From Eledone cirrhosa (taxonomy: Eukaryota): a DNA stretch of 64,000 nt. This document shows positions 1-13,433 of the stretch, in pieces. How positions within the stretch are numbered: position 1 is the first letter of the stretch; each line of letters begins with the position of its first letter. The notes below the pieces were generated by a model that did not search any database, was not told the DNA's origin, and saw nothing but the letters and a program-made list of their open reading frames with translations. Both the position numbers and the translations under genes were made by a program. The DNA lies in the NCBI GenBank assembly GCA_964016885.1, contig OZ024740.1:236902001-236966000 (forward strand). The letters run 5' to 3'.

Positions 1-787
1 TAAGAATGGTGAATAATTTTGATGATATATTATCCAGTTGTTATAAAATGCTGTTGACTAGCAACAAAATGTTTACCTTTACTCAAGATTTAAAAAAAAA
101 AAAAAAAATCAAAACAGGTTTGTTCTTACATTCAATAAAAATAATTCCATTAATCATAGGGTAGTTAGTATTTTCAAAGGTACAATATCTCAGAATAGAT
201 TTTGTTACACTTGGTATATAAAAAGAAGCACCACTGATGATATAATTATAACTTCAAAAAATTTACCAAAATAAATTTATCTCAAATTCAAAGCTTTTTC
301 AGAACCAAGAATCCCTAAACAACATGTGAATTTCAATGTTTTTTTCTATCAGTTCTTTTAAATATCATTACCAAAATAAGTCTATTAGATGAGTAATTAT
401 GTATGATGTAATGATTCGTTTGCATCAGAGTCTCAGCAACTTAAAAATTATTATTTCAACAAGAAGATGATTGCCTTTAAATGTCACTTTGCCTAGTTTA
501 TGCTCGGGTGCACTCTTCCTACATATATATATCAGGCTTCTGCATGTTTTTTATCAATTAAATTCCATGTGAAAGATCAACCCAAGTTTACAACATAAGA
601 CACTATCCTGAAATGAGATTGAACCCAAGCATTTGTGAAGCCAATCCCTTAAATATATAGCTATGTCTGCACCTATGATTACATTACCTTCCTAGAGGTA
701 AATATTCTATTTGAACTGCTGAATATATATATATATATATATACACATATCCATGTTAGCATGGAAAATAGACGTTAATGAATGATG

Positions 788-820
<33 letters not shown>

Positions 821-1904
821 TGCACCTGCACAGACATGGCTATGTGGTTGATATGTATATATGGCTTTATATAAGTCCTGTCGAGTTTAACTGAATGAAA
901 CAGCACTAGTCCTGTAGAAGACATTTATTGTTGAAATAAATCATAATATATATAAGCGATAGGAAAGAGTATATGGAGACTGAAAAATAGACTATATCAA
1001 TGATACACACCTAACGTGTGTATTAATTCCCATATCTGATACACTCATATAGAAGACTCTGATTCAATAGTAGCTAGATGAAATAGAGGAAACAAAGATT
1101 GCTATTATCTCAAAACCACTTCATATTTCCTTCTCTCTGTGAACTAACAAAAGCAATTGAACATTGTTGAGACTTGTTTCACCTGTAACATCTTTTTTGA
1201 TGTCAACGGCTGTGGCTAAGTATGAGCACACACTGTAATATCTTTATTCTAATCTACTGTAGCTTGCAGCTGCAGTTTATTTCCTAAATAATTTCCCAAC
1301 TCTATTGAAACAAACATTAGCCTCGGCATAACACAAAATACACTACTCCTCTCTCTATGGTTAGGAGTAATTACTTGATTAGAAGACTGACACACAATAT
1401 GCTATCAAGAGGCTTCCCAGGGGATTAGACTATTATTTTTATTTAGTCCTTAGGTCAGCCTTGGCCTAGCAGGCCATTTTTAACACAGTAGGATGAAATT
1501 CAGTTATTTTCATCAGAGATTCCCTGATATAATGTAGTTTATTATGACAATACAATTAGATAAAGCAAACATTATGAGGTTGAGTATAACAATTTTAAAT
1601 TTAAGCTATGAAATACAACAGTTTCTTTTTGTTTTATGGCTTAATCAGCAGGGTAGATTGTGTTTATGACCTCTGTACCCCACTAGACTGATTAGCTCAA
1701 TGCAGTTTATGATCAATTTTAAAATCTGTAATGTATGTAGGTTGCATGTGTGTGATATTTGTCTATGACCACTTGTGAATGACATAAACGAGCAAGTTCC
1801 CAGTGGATCTAATTCCATGGAATCCATATTAATGAGTGATACACCAAGCAAGTCATTGACTTACAAGAGGAAGTTTGTGAAATATAACTAAACCTGGACA
1901 TGCC

Positions 1905-2520
1905 AGTATTGAGTGTGTGGGTCAGAGAAACCCATACCTTTCTATGGAAGGTATACAAATGATTACAGAGAGATAGAGAGAGAGAAGAGAAGAGAGAGAG
2001 AATACTGGAGAAACTAGCTGTTCACAATTTCCATCACCTTTGAGAAGTTAGAAATGAGAGCAATAAATTTGTAATTGAATGAACCCGTGAGATAACTCTT
2101 ATTGGAGTTGGAACACACTGTAGGAGGTTTCCAAATATTAGGATATATTTTTGTAGAGAAAAACCAACTGAAGAGCTTAATGAGGACAAGGGATAGAAAC
2201 TGGAGCATATTGTATGAAGGAAAAGACATTGGTGGACTTATTGGCTTGAAGTGAGCAGAGTTTTTTTTCTCGCAATTGGAATGTACATATAGATAGTGGT
2301 GAGACTGTTGAAGTGGAAAAGGAAAGGTTTCAAGGTTTAGTTGTTTTGTGAATTAATGCATTGGATGTAAAGTGGGCAGTAAATATGAAAGCTTTCTCCA
2401 AAGGAGTACAGCTTATGTAGTCATCTTAATTAAGAAATGGTGGATAGGAGGACTCTAAGTCAACAGGAATCTTCATAGCAAAGAAGCAGAAGGACAGGCT
2501 GTGTGATGCACAAATATGTC
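1905..2520 (-). mobile_element. Degenerate CR1/Jockey-group LINE ORF2 fragment (tether and RT N-terminus)
   Basis: Minus-strand translation gives EKAFIFTAHFTSN, IYPNIWK and NYKFIALISNFSKVME, resembling KA.LFA..F.SN, FP..WK and NYRPI.L.S..SK.ME. Many stops; boundaries approximate. Confidence 0.55.
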
Positions 2521-4959
2521 TTTGCATAAGGTTAAATAGAGGATTTATAGCAAGAAGATTACAGATGAATTCGTATTTTGCATGTTGTTGCCCTGAACGA
2601 TCAGTTCAAAGTTAGTCCCAAACATTATGTAGAGATACAGAAGGTAACCTGTGTTTACACTGAAATACAGTAAGCTGTTAGTTACTAAGTAATAATTGTA
2701 TAACAATATACTTTGATATCTGTAAAAATTAATATAACACTATAAATGTGTTTATAATGGTTAGAATGACTGTACCACAGTCACAACACAGAAATACTTA
2801 TCAAACAAGTGCAACTTAAAAAAAAGCTTCCTTGAATTAGCTTTATTTGACACATCACCTTAATTATCTACAGGGAGTGTATAACATTATTAATGGTCAA
2901 GGACATCAATGTCCATATGGATATGAGTAGCAAGGTATCCCAGTCAATATAGAGAAGAAAGGAAACAGATTAAACTAGATACCAAAGATTGCTAGACTTG
3001 TCTAATTATTAGTTTATGTGAAAAACAATTCACACAAGAATACTGATAAAAATGTTTTATCACTGAACCACTTCAGAAAAATATAATCTAGCTGTACAAA
3101 CTGATCACAAACTGGATATGTCCTGAAATATGTTTAAGAAGTTCTCAATTGTAATATACTTTCCCAGACATATTAAAAGATAAAGTAGGCAGCCAGCCAT
3201 GATAACCAGCTGGTGCCAACCAATTCTTAATATAGGTATTTTGAAATATTGGTTATTTTAGCAATTTATTAAGTATTAACGCTCTCTTTGATATATAGTT
3301 AGTAAATGAGAATTATCCAGCTGCTTATATGTCTATTTCATTTTAAATATCTGCTATAATTACAAGAGAAAATTTAACTATCAAAAGATATGACAGAATA
3401 TAATGTTGTAATAATAGTTTCTGATTTTATATTGTAATAAATAATAGTGTAGAAGTAATGAGAAAAAAAGTGAAGATTGGAGTGAAGAATAAACAACTTT
3501 TACATGTCTATATAGTCAAGGCAGCTTCGTGTACAATTTAATATATACTAAAATCAACTACCAACACAACCACTAATAATATGCAAATTAGTGGTTTCTT
3601 TAATGATTACTACTGCATTTGCTTTATAAAGCCATCAGTTACATATTTCATTGTGGTTGATTGGGTGATATAGATATTATGATGAGACCCCAATAGGAGT
3701 AAAAAATCAATTAAGGATGTTCATTTTTTTATGTATATATATCCAGTGTGTATATTTATATATAGACCTGGAGAAGAAATGGGTCCACTAGGGTTAAAAA
3801 TACTCTAGAAACGCTATATGTCAATGCAGCACCCCTATGACTTCATCAGGAGTTACAGGACCATACAGATATAAATATCTATATACATCTTCATCCAATC
3901 TTTGTTACCTCTGTACTGTATATGTATAGATATGTAATCATCTTATTTTTTGACTTCTTCGTGAATAATTTAACAACTGAAATGTTTTTAAAACAACATT
4001 GCTTTCAAAGAAAAAAGAAAAATCAGATAGCTAAATTCATCTGGAAAGTTGGAAGGTTAAAAAATATTTCAAGATATTTTAATGAAATATGTTTACAGTA
4101 TACTAATGGATGTGTGGCAAGATTTTTACAAATACTATATGAGCAAGACATGGTCACCTGACCTGGCATTGCTCACAACAGGACAACTCATCTAATCCAT
4201 GCTAGCGTGGAAAAATGGATGTAAAACAATGATGGATGATGCCAGTGTACAAATGGAAGCACAGAGAACATTTATATGTGATCACCAATTGAATATTTCA
4301 GAAAATGAGCCCAGTGTTAAGGCTCCAATAAAATTTACATAATAGTTTCTGTAAAGTGATTTGTGTTAGGAATTCAACTGCAGAAACCATTCCAAATAGG
4401 AAACAGTCCCCCATTTGGAAGGGCAATAACTCAAAATAAGAACTGGAAGCATGGAACACAAGTATTCTCATTACAACAGGAATTTTCAGTCTATCAAATT
4501 TGTTTCATAGTCTCACAAATAATAATCCCAAATTCTCAAACTACTTGTAGTTTGGATAAGTTGAAAAACAATGGAAACATTTGATACAGACATAAAATAA
4601 TAATTAAATACTACATGACACTTCAATATTCAATGGATGATACACAAGTGGGTCAGGGTAAGGATATTGTAGTTAAGAGCAGTTTACAATGGGGATAATA
4701 TAATTAGGTAGTTGACAAAATACCAGTCTGAGAAAATGCAGATATGTGAAGAGATCATATTAACACGCGAGAAGCTAGTTTGAAGTGGATATTGAAGTGA
4801 GTTAAGAAATTATCAGAATAACGTTGGTTAAAAATGATCAAGGAGAACAACTTGTAATAATATAATTGTTGTTCTGAGTATAAATTAGAGAGAATGGTTT
4901 TCATAGATATATCTATGCCCCCACAGTTACTATCCTGTTTACTTCCAACTCTCTAATAC

Positions 4960-5470
4960 ATGCCCTCAATGAAACTCCTACAAAGCTCTCCTCTCCAGAT
5001 CTCTAGTTTTATCATTATGTACATATTTGCAGAACTGCTCAACTAACTCAACAAAATCACGGGACACAAAGGTGTCCTTTCATCAACCTGAAAAACTGCA
5101 CTCAAGTATTGGCTCATCCTTGTGAAACACTCTCTAAAGATAATCCAAATCTTTGGAAATATGTTTCAATGTGCCCCCCCCCCCCCCCCCCTTCACTCCC
5201 TTGATCTCTTTTAGGTAACCCCATTGACCCAGGAAACTACCAACTCATCACCCTCTCTTCCAACTTCTCAAAGCTGATGTAAATATGCACAAAAAAACAA
5301 ACAAAACAAAACACATAGATCATTGAAAGCCACATCATTTTATCAACACAATACTTGTGTACAATCAACACATAAGATCCACTCTGTATGATGCTAGTTC
5401 TACTGGAGGCCCAACCCACAACCTTCAAAGAACACAAAATGAAATATTTCTCACAACCACCTTGAAACAA
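4960..5470 (+). mobile_element. Degenerate CR1-group LINE ORF2 fragment with an internal poly(C) run
   Basis: NLKNCTQVLAHP, LWKYVS and DPGNYQLITLSSNFSKLM motifs, followed by a thumb-like IRSTLYDAS. Poly(C) at about 5174-5191. Confidence 0.5.
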
Positions 5471-6291
5471 AAATGTAGAAAAGGAAAGTCTACCATGACA
5501 TACAAGAGTCATTTAGCGTTGCTGCAAGCTCCAACTACCATTGTTCCTATTGCTATATATGTAGTCAACCCTAAACAGCCTAGAACACTGCTCTCCCACT
5601 CTGTCCAGAAAAATCTACACACAAAAGTTGCAGCAACATTAATAACTTCATTAGCATCAAACACTGTGATGGGATATACAGCACTATTGATAGGTGCAAA
5701 GGAAGAAATTTGTGTATTCCAACTGTGTCCAGCTTGACTGCCAGTATAGTCACTACTGAAGGAAACATGTTAACACTGCCACATTACATACCATATAATA
5801 AACTATTTCATAGATGACCACAGAGGATATCTGGAGCACTAGATAGTTTTGGCAAACAGCCATAAATCTTATACAAGTCTAGTCCAGTTGGCATCAGTAA
5901 GTTGCTGTGTAAAAGAGGGGGAGATTTGTAACTAGAACTGCTTTCTGAGACACATTCTTCCAAGCTATTTCTGATACACTTCAGTGATTGGCTCTGTACC
6001 ATTCTTTGTACAGTTATCTGTCTGCAAGTACACTGCATTGTTGAATTTTCATTTTTTTTAATTTTCTTAGTTCTTTATTTGGAATTGGGAACTTAGGAAG
6101 ATAAATTCTGTTAACAGACATTAATTATGTAAATGGTAAAAGAAAATGTAAAATTTGGAACATTGAAATCAATACAATATTGATATAAATGAGAAATGAT
6201 TTTGGTCCATCTTCTGGCTGTTTGTAACATTTATGGAACTATTATATATTAACTTAGTCTAGTAGATAATATAAAACTGTATATTTCTGCA

Positions 6292-7586
6292 TCAATCCTT
6301 TTGATACCAAAGTGCCTAAAACCACTAAGCTGCTTATTTTAAAGTGCTTATGTTTATCTGAAAACCCTCCTCAGGGTACAGTACTCGGCCCGATCCTGTT
6401 TCTCATCCTCATCTCTGACATAGATGAAGATACAACCAGCAACATCTCATCCTTTGCTGATGACACCAGGGTCATGAGACAAATCAAAGATGAGGTGGAT
6501 ACAGAGGCCTTACAAAAGGACCTAACCACCATATACAAATGGCAGGAAACAAACAACATGTTGTTCAATGATAAGAAGTATGAACTAATTCGCTACGGAA
6601 CAGATCAAGATCTGAAAAATACAACAAACTACAGAAACCCATCAGGACAACAAATAATGGAAAAACTGTGTGAAAGATTTAGGCATCCACATGGGAACCA
6701 GCCTAAAATTCAGAGAACACCTTGACTCAGTCTGTCTTACTGCAAGAAAGTACAGTGGGTGGATCTTGCGCACCTTCAAATCAAGAGATACCTCAACAAT
6801 GAAAACCCTCTGGAACAGTATGGTACTTCCGAGGATTGACTACTGTTCTCAGTTGTGGTCACCATCAACAAAGGGCCAACTATCTAAGATGGAATCGCTC
6901 CAAAGAAATTTTACTTCATACTTCTCAGAAACGAGGGACCTGGACTATTGGCAAAGACTCAAAACCTTGAAGATGTACTCAATAGAAAGAAGATTTGAGC
7001 GATACCGAATTATATACATTTGGAAAATGATAGAGCAAAAGGTGCCAAACTTTGGTATCAAAACCTACCACTCACTGCGCCACGGAAGATGCTGCCAGGC
7101 AGCAAAAACCCTGCGAGAGTCAAGTCTGTTGGTTCGAGGGGCACAACTATTCAACTCCATTCCGGTACATGTCAGAAATCTATCAGGATGCAGTGTGGAA
7201 TCATTCAAATTGCAGCTGGATAGATACTTAAGCACCATTAGAGATGAACCCCATCTCCCAGGATATACACAACGAGCACAAACTGACTCAAACTCGCTCC
7301 TACACATGTCAAAATTAAACAGAGAATCCAACCTGGCAACCACACCAGACTCTGAGGGTGGAGTCTTCGACTTGGCCTGAGCATGGACTCAAACTCAAAT
7401 GAAATGAAATGAAATGAAATCATAATTTTATGTAAGAACTTTGTTTATATTATGTTTCAAACACCAGAATAATAATGAGAAACTTAGTTATTTCACTAAA
7501 TCCTTCCAAATTCTTCATTATTTTCAAAATGATTTCAAAATAATAGGCAGTGTCCTTCATTAGAAATATAGTAATGGAAGGGTTAA
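6292..7586. mobile_element. TTAA-flanked piggyBac-type MITE (family A) interrupted by a LINE
   Basis: Left end tcaatccttttgatacc and right end gtaatggaagggttaa. The sequence flanking the LINE matches the uninterrupted copy at 8398-8623. Confidence 0.65.
6369..7420 (+). mobile_element. 5'-truncated CR1/L2-group LINE: RT C-terminal half, very short 3'UTR and (AAATG)n tail
   Basis: PQGTVLGPILFLILISDI...SFADDT, then KDLGI, PRIDYCSQLWSP, LDYWQRLK and SFKLQLDRYL. One frameshift near 6668, stop at 7380, tail at 7397-7420. Confidence 0.92.
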
Positions 7587-8089
7587 TCTAATATTTTATG
7601 ATGGAATTATATTGTATATCATTATAGTTGTTCTTAATTTAGTCTCTATATTGCATTTTGTTTTAGACAAAAAATATAATATTTTGGCTTATTAAAAGTT
7701 CAAATTCAATCAGTTTCCAAATGACAGTGTTTCACAGGGAAAAGACAATTTTTTTTCTGCAATTAAATGAAAAGCAACTTTTTCATTATTAGCTTTCTCA
7801 TTGAGACATACTATTCTCCATCCCAGTAAATTAAAGCACATAAAATATAATATTTATCTTAAGAACACAATCAATTTTCTGCAGCAAAATATAATCCTTA
7901 TGCTAAATTCACTCAGGTATCTTTTCACTTATTTTAGTACACATAAAATATAAATTGGACATTTTTTTCTGTTTCTTTAATGTTGATATGTTGCAGTATT
8001 CTAAGCCTAAAGTAATAGTTGCACTAGAGTAGTTAATACATTCAAATGAAATCATGATGTTGATTATATGAATGATGCATTATGTTAAC

Positions 8090-8380
8090 ACATGCTGAGT
8101 CACACAAGCATCAGATCCTCTGCTTCTCAAGCTAAGTGACACTAATGATTCACAAGCTAAATCGCACTAGAGATATCCTGAGACACGTAAGCTGCATAAC
8201 ACTCAATAGCTATTCTGTGATTTGCAACCTATGATAATGATCTTGTGATAAACATGCTACGTTACATGGGATAAGTATCCTGAGACACACAAGCTACATC
8301 AAACTTGGTAACTATCTTATGATACACAAACTATGTCACACAAGATAACCATCGTGTGGCCAACAAGATATTTTACATAG
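8090..8380. repeat. Highly degenerate minisatellite, unit about 35-40 bp
   Basis: Recurrent atcctgagacacacaagctacat-like units. Confidence 0.5.
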
Positions 8381-8397
8381 CACTTGTAGCCAAGAAT

Positions 8398-8623
8398 TTA
8401 ACCTTTTTGATATCAACCTCATTTTTAAAAGTTTATCTTTATATCAAAACCATCCATCATAATTTTATTTTAGAAATTTTGTTAAGTAATATCTTAAATA
8501 TCAACTACTAATGAAAAAATTAATTATTTTATTGAATTCCTCCAATTTTTGAGTTATTTTCTAACTTAATTGAAACACATAGTGTATGAATTTATAAAAA
8601 ATACAGTAGCAAAAAAGGGTTAA
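8398..8623. mobile_element. piggyBac-type MITE family A, uninterrupted copy
   Basis: ttaacctttttgatatc ... gtagcaaaaaagggttaa: TTAA at both ends with inverted termini. Confidence 0.65.
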
Positions 8624-9750
8624 AATTCTGGCAAAATATAACATGCCTTTTTTTTTTTACAGATACCATTCATTCATATAGACTATTTTCAACAGAACAG
8701 CTGTCTGAAGTAAAGTTAATATGACCATAGGTTTTAGTCAATTAAAAGCTGTGAACTCTACTCCTTTGCACTATGTCTTTGTTAATTAGTAACAATCAAT
8801 ATGTGTGTGAGGGTGCAGTTGCACATACATGCCAAATTTCTTTTCATTGAATGTGTGCAAGCTCTGCAAAATTTTATATGGCATGTGAAGCATGACACAT
8901 TAGTTGATGTTTAAAGGAAATAATCCTTACAACAATTTTCAACAAGCAAATATTTTTAATGTATTCAGTTTAAAAAAAAACATTGTCTTTGATATTTCCT
9001 AGCTAACTTTAGCATGCACTTGAGAGACACCACTGATCAAACAGCCCAAGCTCAGAAAGGAAGGGAGTGTTATATTTAAGCTGTTTTAACCAAAAGAAAA
9101 TTAATCTAAAGAATATTATTAAAATAGCCACACAAGTGTCACCTGGAATCTCAAATGAATTATCAATTATTGAACCTATTCTTCGAATTCTATACTTGAA
9201 TATCCTTCAATATATTTTTCTTTGATTAACAGTATTGGCTAATTTTTTTATAATGAAACAGGAGTTGAAAGAACAAGCATTAAACATAAAGATATTTGTT
9301 TATATGTTTAAAAAGTTAGTATTTTAAATATATTTGAAAAGGGGAAATACGTGTAAAATTCCAGAAGGAAGGTATAACTGGGAATTAAATTTTCTTATGA
9401 AAAAATATGAAATAAAATAAACAGAAAACTTTGAATTCCAGATGTGGAGTCTCACTAAGAGGTTACCATTAATTCTTCAGTAAATGACAAAAAATTTGCT
9501 GAATAGTTTATTTTATCACATTACACCTGCCAATTGAAACAGAACATAAGCCAACTTTGGTGTTATGAACTAATGCAATGATTAGCTGCAGTTTTAGCTA
9601 AGAAGTACTCTATTCAAAGACAGGTAATATTTCAAAATATACACATTCTAAGGATACATCAACATTATTTCATTTATTATTTCTTTAGAACACTATTTAC
9701 TAAGAAAAACAAAGAAATTATTGTATATACTCAAATATAAACCAACACCA

Positions 9751-9855
9751 CTATTTTATGCCTGATAAATGGGCTAAAATCCAAACCCCATTTATAAGCC
9801 AAGGCAGTTAATCAACACATTGTTTAGATGGTATGGTTTTGAAATTCTCATGAGT
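9751..9855 (+). repeat. Unclassified dispersed repeat (second copy at 57143-57248)
   Basis: About 105 bp of clear similarity; both copies end in gaaattctcatgagt. Confidence 0.75.
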
Positions 9856-9858
9856 AAC

Positions 9859-10010
9859 AAAGCACCCAGCACACACTGTAAATGTGGTTGGTGTTAGGAA
9901 AGGCATCAGCCATGTGAGTGAAACACAGTCCTCCATCCTGATCTCTCCCAAAGGGACAGCCTGTCTTACCCAAGCTAGCATGGAAAACGGAAGTTAAACG
10001 ATGATGATGA
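9859..10010 (+). mobile_element. RTE-type 3' tail fragment (SINE or LINE end)
   Basis: cactgtaaatgtggttggtgttaggaaaggcatc...gctagcatggaaaac...gatgatgatga matches the 3'UTR of the RTE at 26381-26780. Confidence 0.75.
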
Positions 10011-10098
10011 TATAATATTGCTTTTCTCAAAGATTTCTCTCATTGAGATGTTTAAGTATTAGAGACTAATTAACCTTTAATTTATATATATATATATA

Positions 10099-10286
10099 CG
10101 TGGGAAAGTAAGAAATCGGAGAATAGACCGTTAAAACATGTTTATTTAATACAGCACCTACGTACGTTTCGCCCGGTTGGGCTTCTCAAGGGCATAAATA
10201 ATCAAAAGTGTTCCTTACATTGCTCGGAAAGAGTTTTGGGGGTTAAATCTACATCAAGGTTCATTGCTCGCAAAAATAGCTTGTTT
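10099..10286 (-). mobile_element. Penelope-like (PLE) solo pseudo-LTR or retrozyme-like unit inserted in (TA)n
   Basis: CpG-containing unit of about 190 bp between TA microsatellites. It carries a hammerhead motif followed by AATAAA (10141-10146, minus strand). Confidence 0.7.
10154..10193 (-). ncRNA. Minimal type I hammerhead ribozyme (U3-A8 core variant)
   Basis: Minus strand reads GCCC-UUGAGAA-GCCC(AACC)GGGC-GAAA-C(GUAC)G-UA-GGUGC. Stem II is a perfect 4 bp, loop III is palindromic, the cleavage triplet is GUA and stem I has one bulge. Confidence 0.8.
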
Positions 10287-11849
10287 TATATATACACACA
10301 CACATAAAACAGGGAGCAAAGAGATCAATAGAAAATATGTTTATTGCATAACAATTGTTTCTATGATAATTCTCCTTATGGCTTTATAATAATATCACAG
10401 ATCGATTCAAATGATTTTTACTTCTTTAGATGAGTAACATATAAAAAAAGGTATAGAAACTGTCTCCCTGGCATTAAAACAATGATGGTGTGTATGTGTA
10501 TTGTACCTCAGTCAGTGCACCCCATTCCATCTGTTAAACCTCACAATCACATTATGTCATATGTCATAATGTCAAAAAGAAGGACATCTGTCTGCTTAGC
10601 AAATGTTGGCAAATGTTTAATTTCCCAACACAATAAAACCACTGGCTTACCGATGTGATGTTCCTTCTGTTGCTACAACAATTTTACCTATACTACTCTC
10701 CACTAGCTATCTGCATACTTGTTCTACCCAATACTCTTATCACCCCTCCTCTCATAACACCCTCATTTGTCACATCACCCAAATCCCACATTAAATACCA
10801 TGCCCAATCTATTAATCCAGAGAACTACAAACCCCCTTACAAAGTTTCTTTTCTTTCTTTACAAACATCAACAACAGATGCTCACACTGAATATAAACAA
10901 CATTAACTGCATTAGTCTAAGCAAGCCTGCAAAAGGTCATGCTAACTGTCTTCTCCCTCGAATATCTTACAAGAACAAAAATATTGCAAACATTAAAAAA
11001 ACTTTTAAAAGAAATGCAATGAATATGAAGAGTTTATTTTATTTGCTACCAATCTGAAACCTTCTTACATGAGAATATTACATTAAGTAGATGAAATACA
11101 TTAATAAATATATTGGAAACTAAAATATTGATAATCTATTTGGTTACTGCTAGTTATGATATAACATCAAGTTATTACTTTCCAAAATACTACCCAACTT
11201 ACATACAAGGAACTATTTTGATGCTTTCATGTTATTTTCAACAATTTCTGCTTTGCTTATGAATCTTGCATAATAATGATTTGTTCGATATATATATATA
11301 TATTTTTTACCCTGGAATTGTATTCCAGTTCAAGAATAACCATTTTCCCAGCTGAAACTGATATGCTAGTTTTAGTGGCATATTTTATATTTTTGTTTTA
11401 CATATATTTTTACTATCTGACTTTGCTTAAAATAAAGCTGAGGTTAACTACTTAGAAAGTACTTAGGCAACATACTCCTTGTCATAGCTCTCCTTTGTCT
11501 GAAGTGTTTTGCTATCGTTTCTGCTCATTTTCCCTTTTTAGTTCTGCATTATGTTTATACAATTATTACTTATTTATTCTCTCTCTCTTTCCCCCATGTA
11601 GTATTTAGGTTGATTTTATTTGAATGCAATACTTCAAATTCAAAGAACAATACATTGCACTGTATCTTCTACAAACAGCTGCTTACATTAGATGATGCAG
11701 GATATAGTAACAAAGTCTAATGTATAGATAGATATACATCTTAACAAATGGAACTATTTCTTCTTAGGAACTAACTCTCAGATCTATTTAATCTATAAAT
11801 GGGATATCATGAAGTCAATCTTTCAAATTAAGATAATTTTTTTTTCACT

Positions 11850-12120
11850 TGGTAATGTGGTAAGGGTGTTGGACTTATGATCATAATGTTATGGGTTCAA
11901 TTCCTGAACTGGATTGTGTGCTGTGTTCTTGAGCAAAACACTTCATTTCATGTTGCTCCAGTATATTCAGCTGAAAGTGAGTACCAGCAGTAGCTGGAGG
12001 TTTAACCTTGTGATAGACTGTCATCCTGTCCAGAGAGGTCTTGTACTCTCAGTCACTTCACACTATAGAAACTGGGATAAACACTGTCCTGGTCATCCTC
12101 TGGGCTTGAGACAGACTTTA
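11850..12120 (+). mobile_element. tRNA-derived CORE-type SINE, tail type 1
   Basis: B-box gggttcaattcc and CORE-like tgtgttcttgagcaaaacactt...tgctccag, followed by a distinct 3' region. Confidence 0.75.
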
Positions 12121-12234
12121 GATTAGACCACTTAAGATTAATGTCCATCGCCTTCACAAACTCTTTGAAACCAAACAGATTAATGCTGTTGGTCTACTTA
12201 ATCTGTTACAGGTCAGCTCCTATTAGAAAAACAT

Positions 12235-12580
<346 letters not shown>

Positions 12581-13370
12581 ATTCAATTATGTAGGCAACA
12601 ATCTTTTTACAAGATGTTTACAAAATTCCTCTTTAATATTTTATCATTAGCTTGAGGAATCTTTTGGAGTGGCAGATATACAAAATAATAACATTTATGC
12701 CTTTCTCAAAAGTGATAAAAATAAAGTATCTACACTGGAAACTGACTTCTACTGAATCATCATAAATTCATATTGAAAGTTTCTGTTACATTAGAATATT
12801 CCATTACATAACTAGAGAACCAGTGTCTGTAGGTATTGATTTAGTGTTTTGTTTGAAACTACAGATAAATGTTTTATATCTGATTTAACCAACAACTCTT
12901 GTATATTATTAGTATATGGTCAGAGAAGCACTAAGTAAACTTTGGGGAGATCATAATTATACCATATTAATTATTTATTAAGCTTGTTGAAAATATTGAA
13001 AACTGGTCAATTTTTTTATTTCAAACATTTGAAAATATAGAATCTGTTGATTAGCTAATTTTTGGCATTAGAACAATTCTTTGTATTTACAGTGTCTGGT
13101 TTACCACTGATAGAAACCATATTGATTTTATTCATAATATTTGACATTTTCGAACATTGCTAAAAACTGGTTGTTTAAAAAAACAAAAACAAAAGGAAGC
13201 AAAAAATTGGTGGAGATGATAGTGATGGGGCAGTCTGAAAATGTTCAATAGTTTTCTCAATTTCAATAAGAATTCTTCGAATTTAATATCAATCATTTTA
13301 TAACATTGATATTATAAATTGATCTCTTCTATTTTCCACCAATGTTTTAGAATCCTTAAGTGTTTCTTTT

Positions 13371-13374
<4 letters not shown>

Positions 13375-13426
<52 letters not shown>

Positions 13427-13433
13427 TGTGTGT
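13375..13433. repeat. (TG)n microsatellite
   Basis: Near-pure TG run. Confidence 0.97.

Noticed and set aside
860-1050. Hammerhead-like hairpins between TA repeats (also 3670-3860)
   Set aside because: Core nucleotides are missing or mutated; possibly PLE relics but not supportable.
5357-6038. 126-aa and 76-aa ORFs as host exons
   Set aside because: No recognisable domain or convincing splice sites, and the 5' part overlaps a LINE relic.
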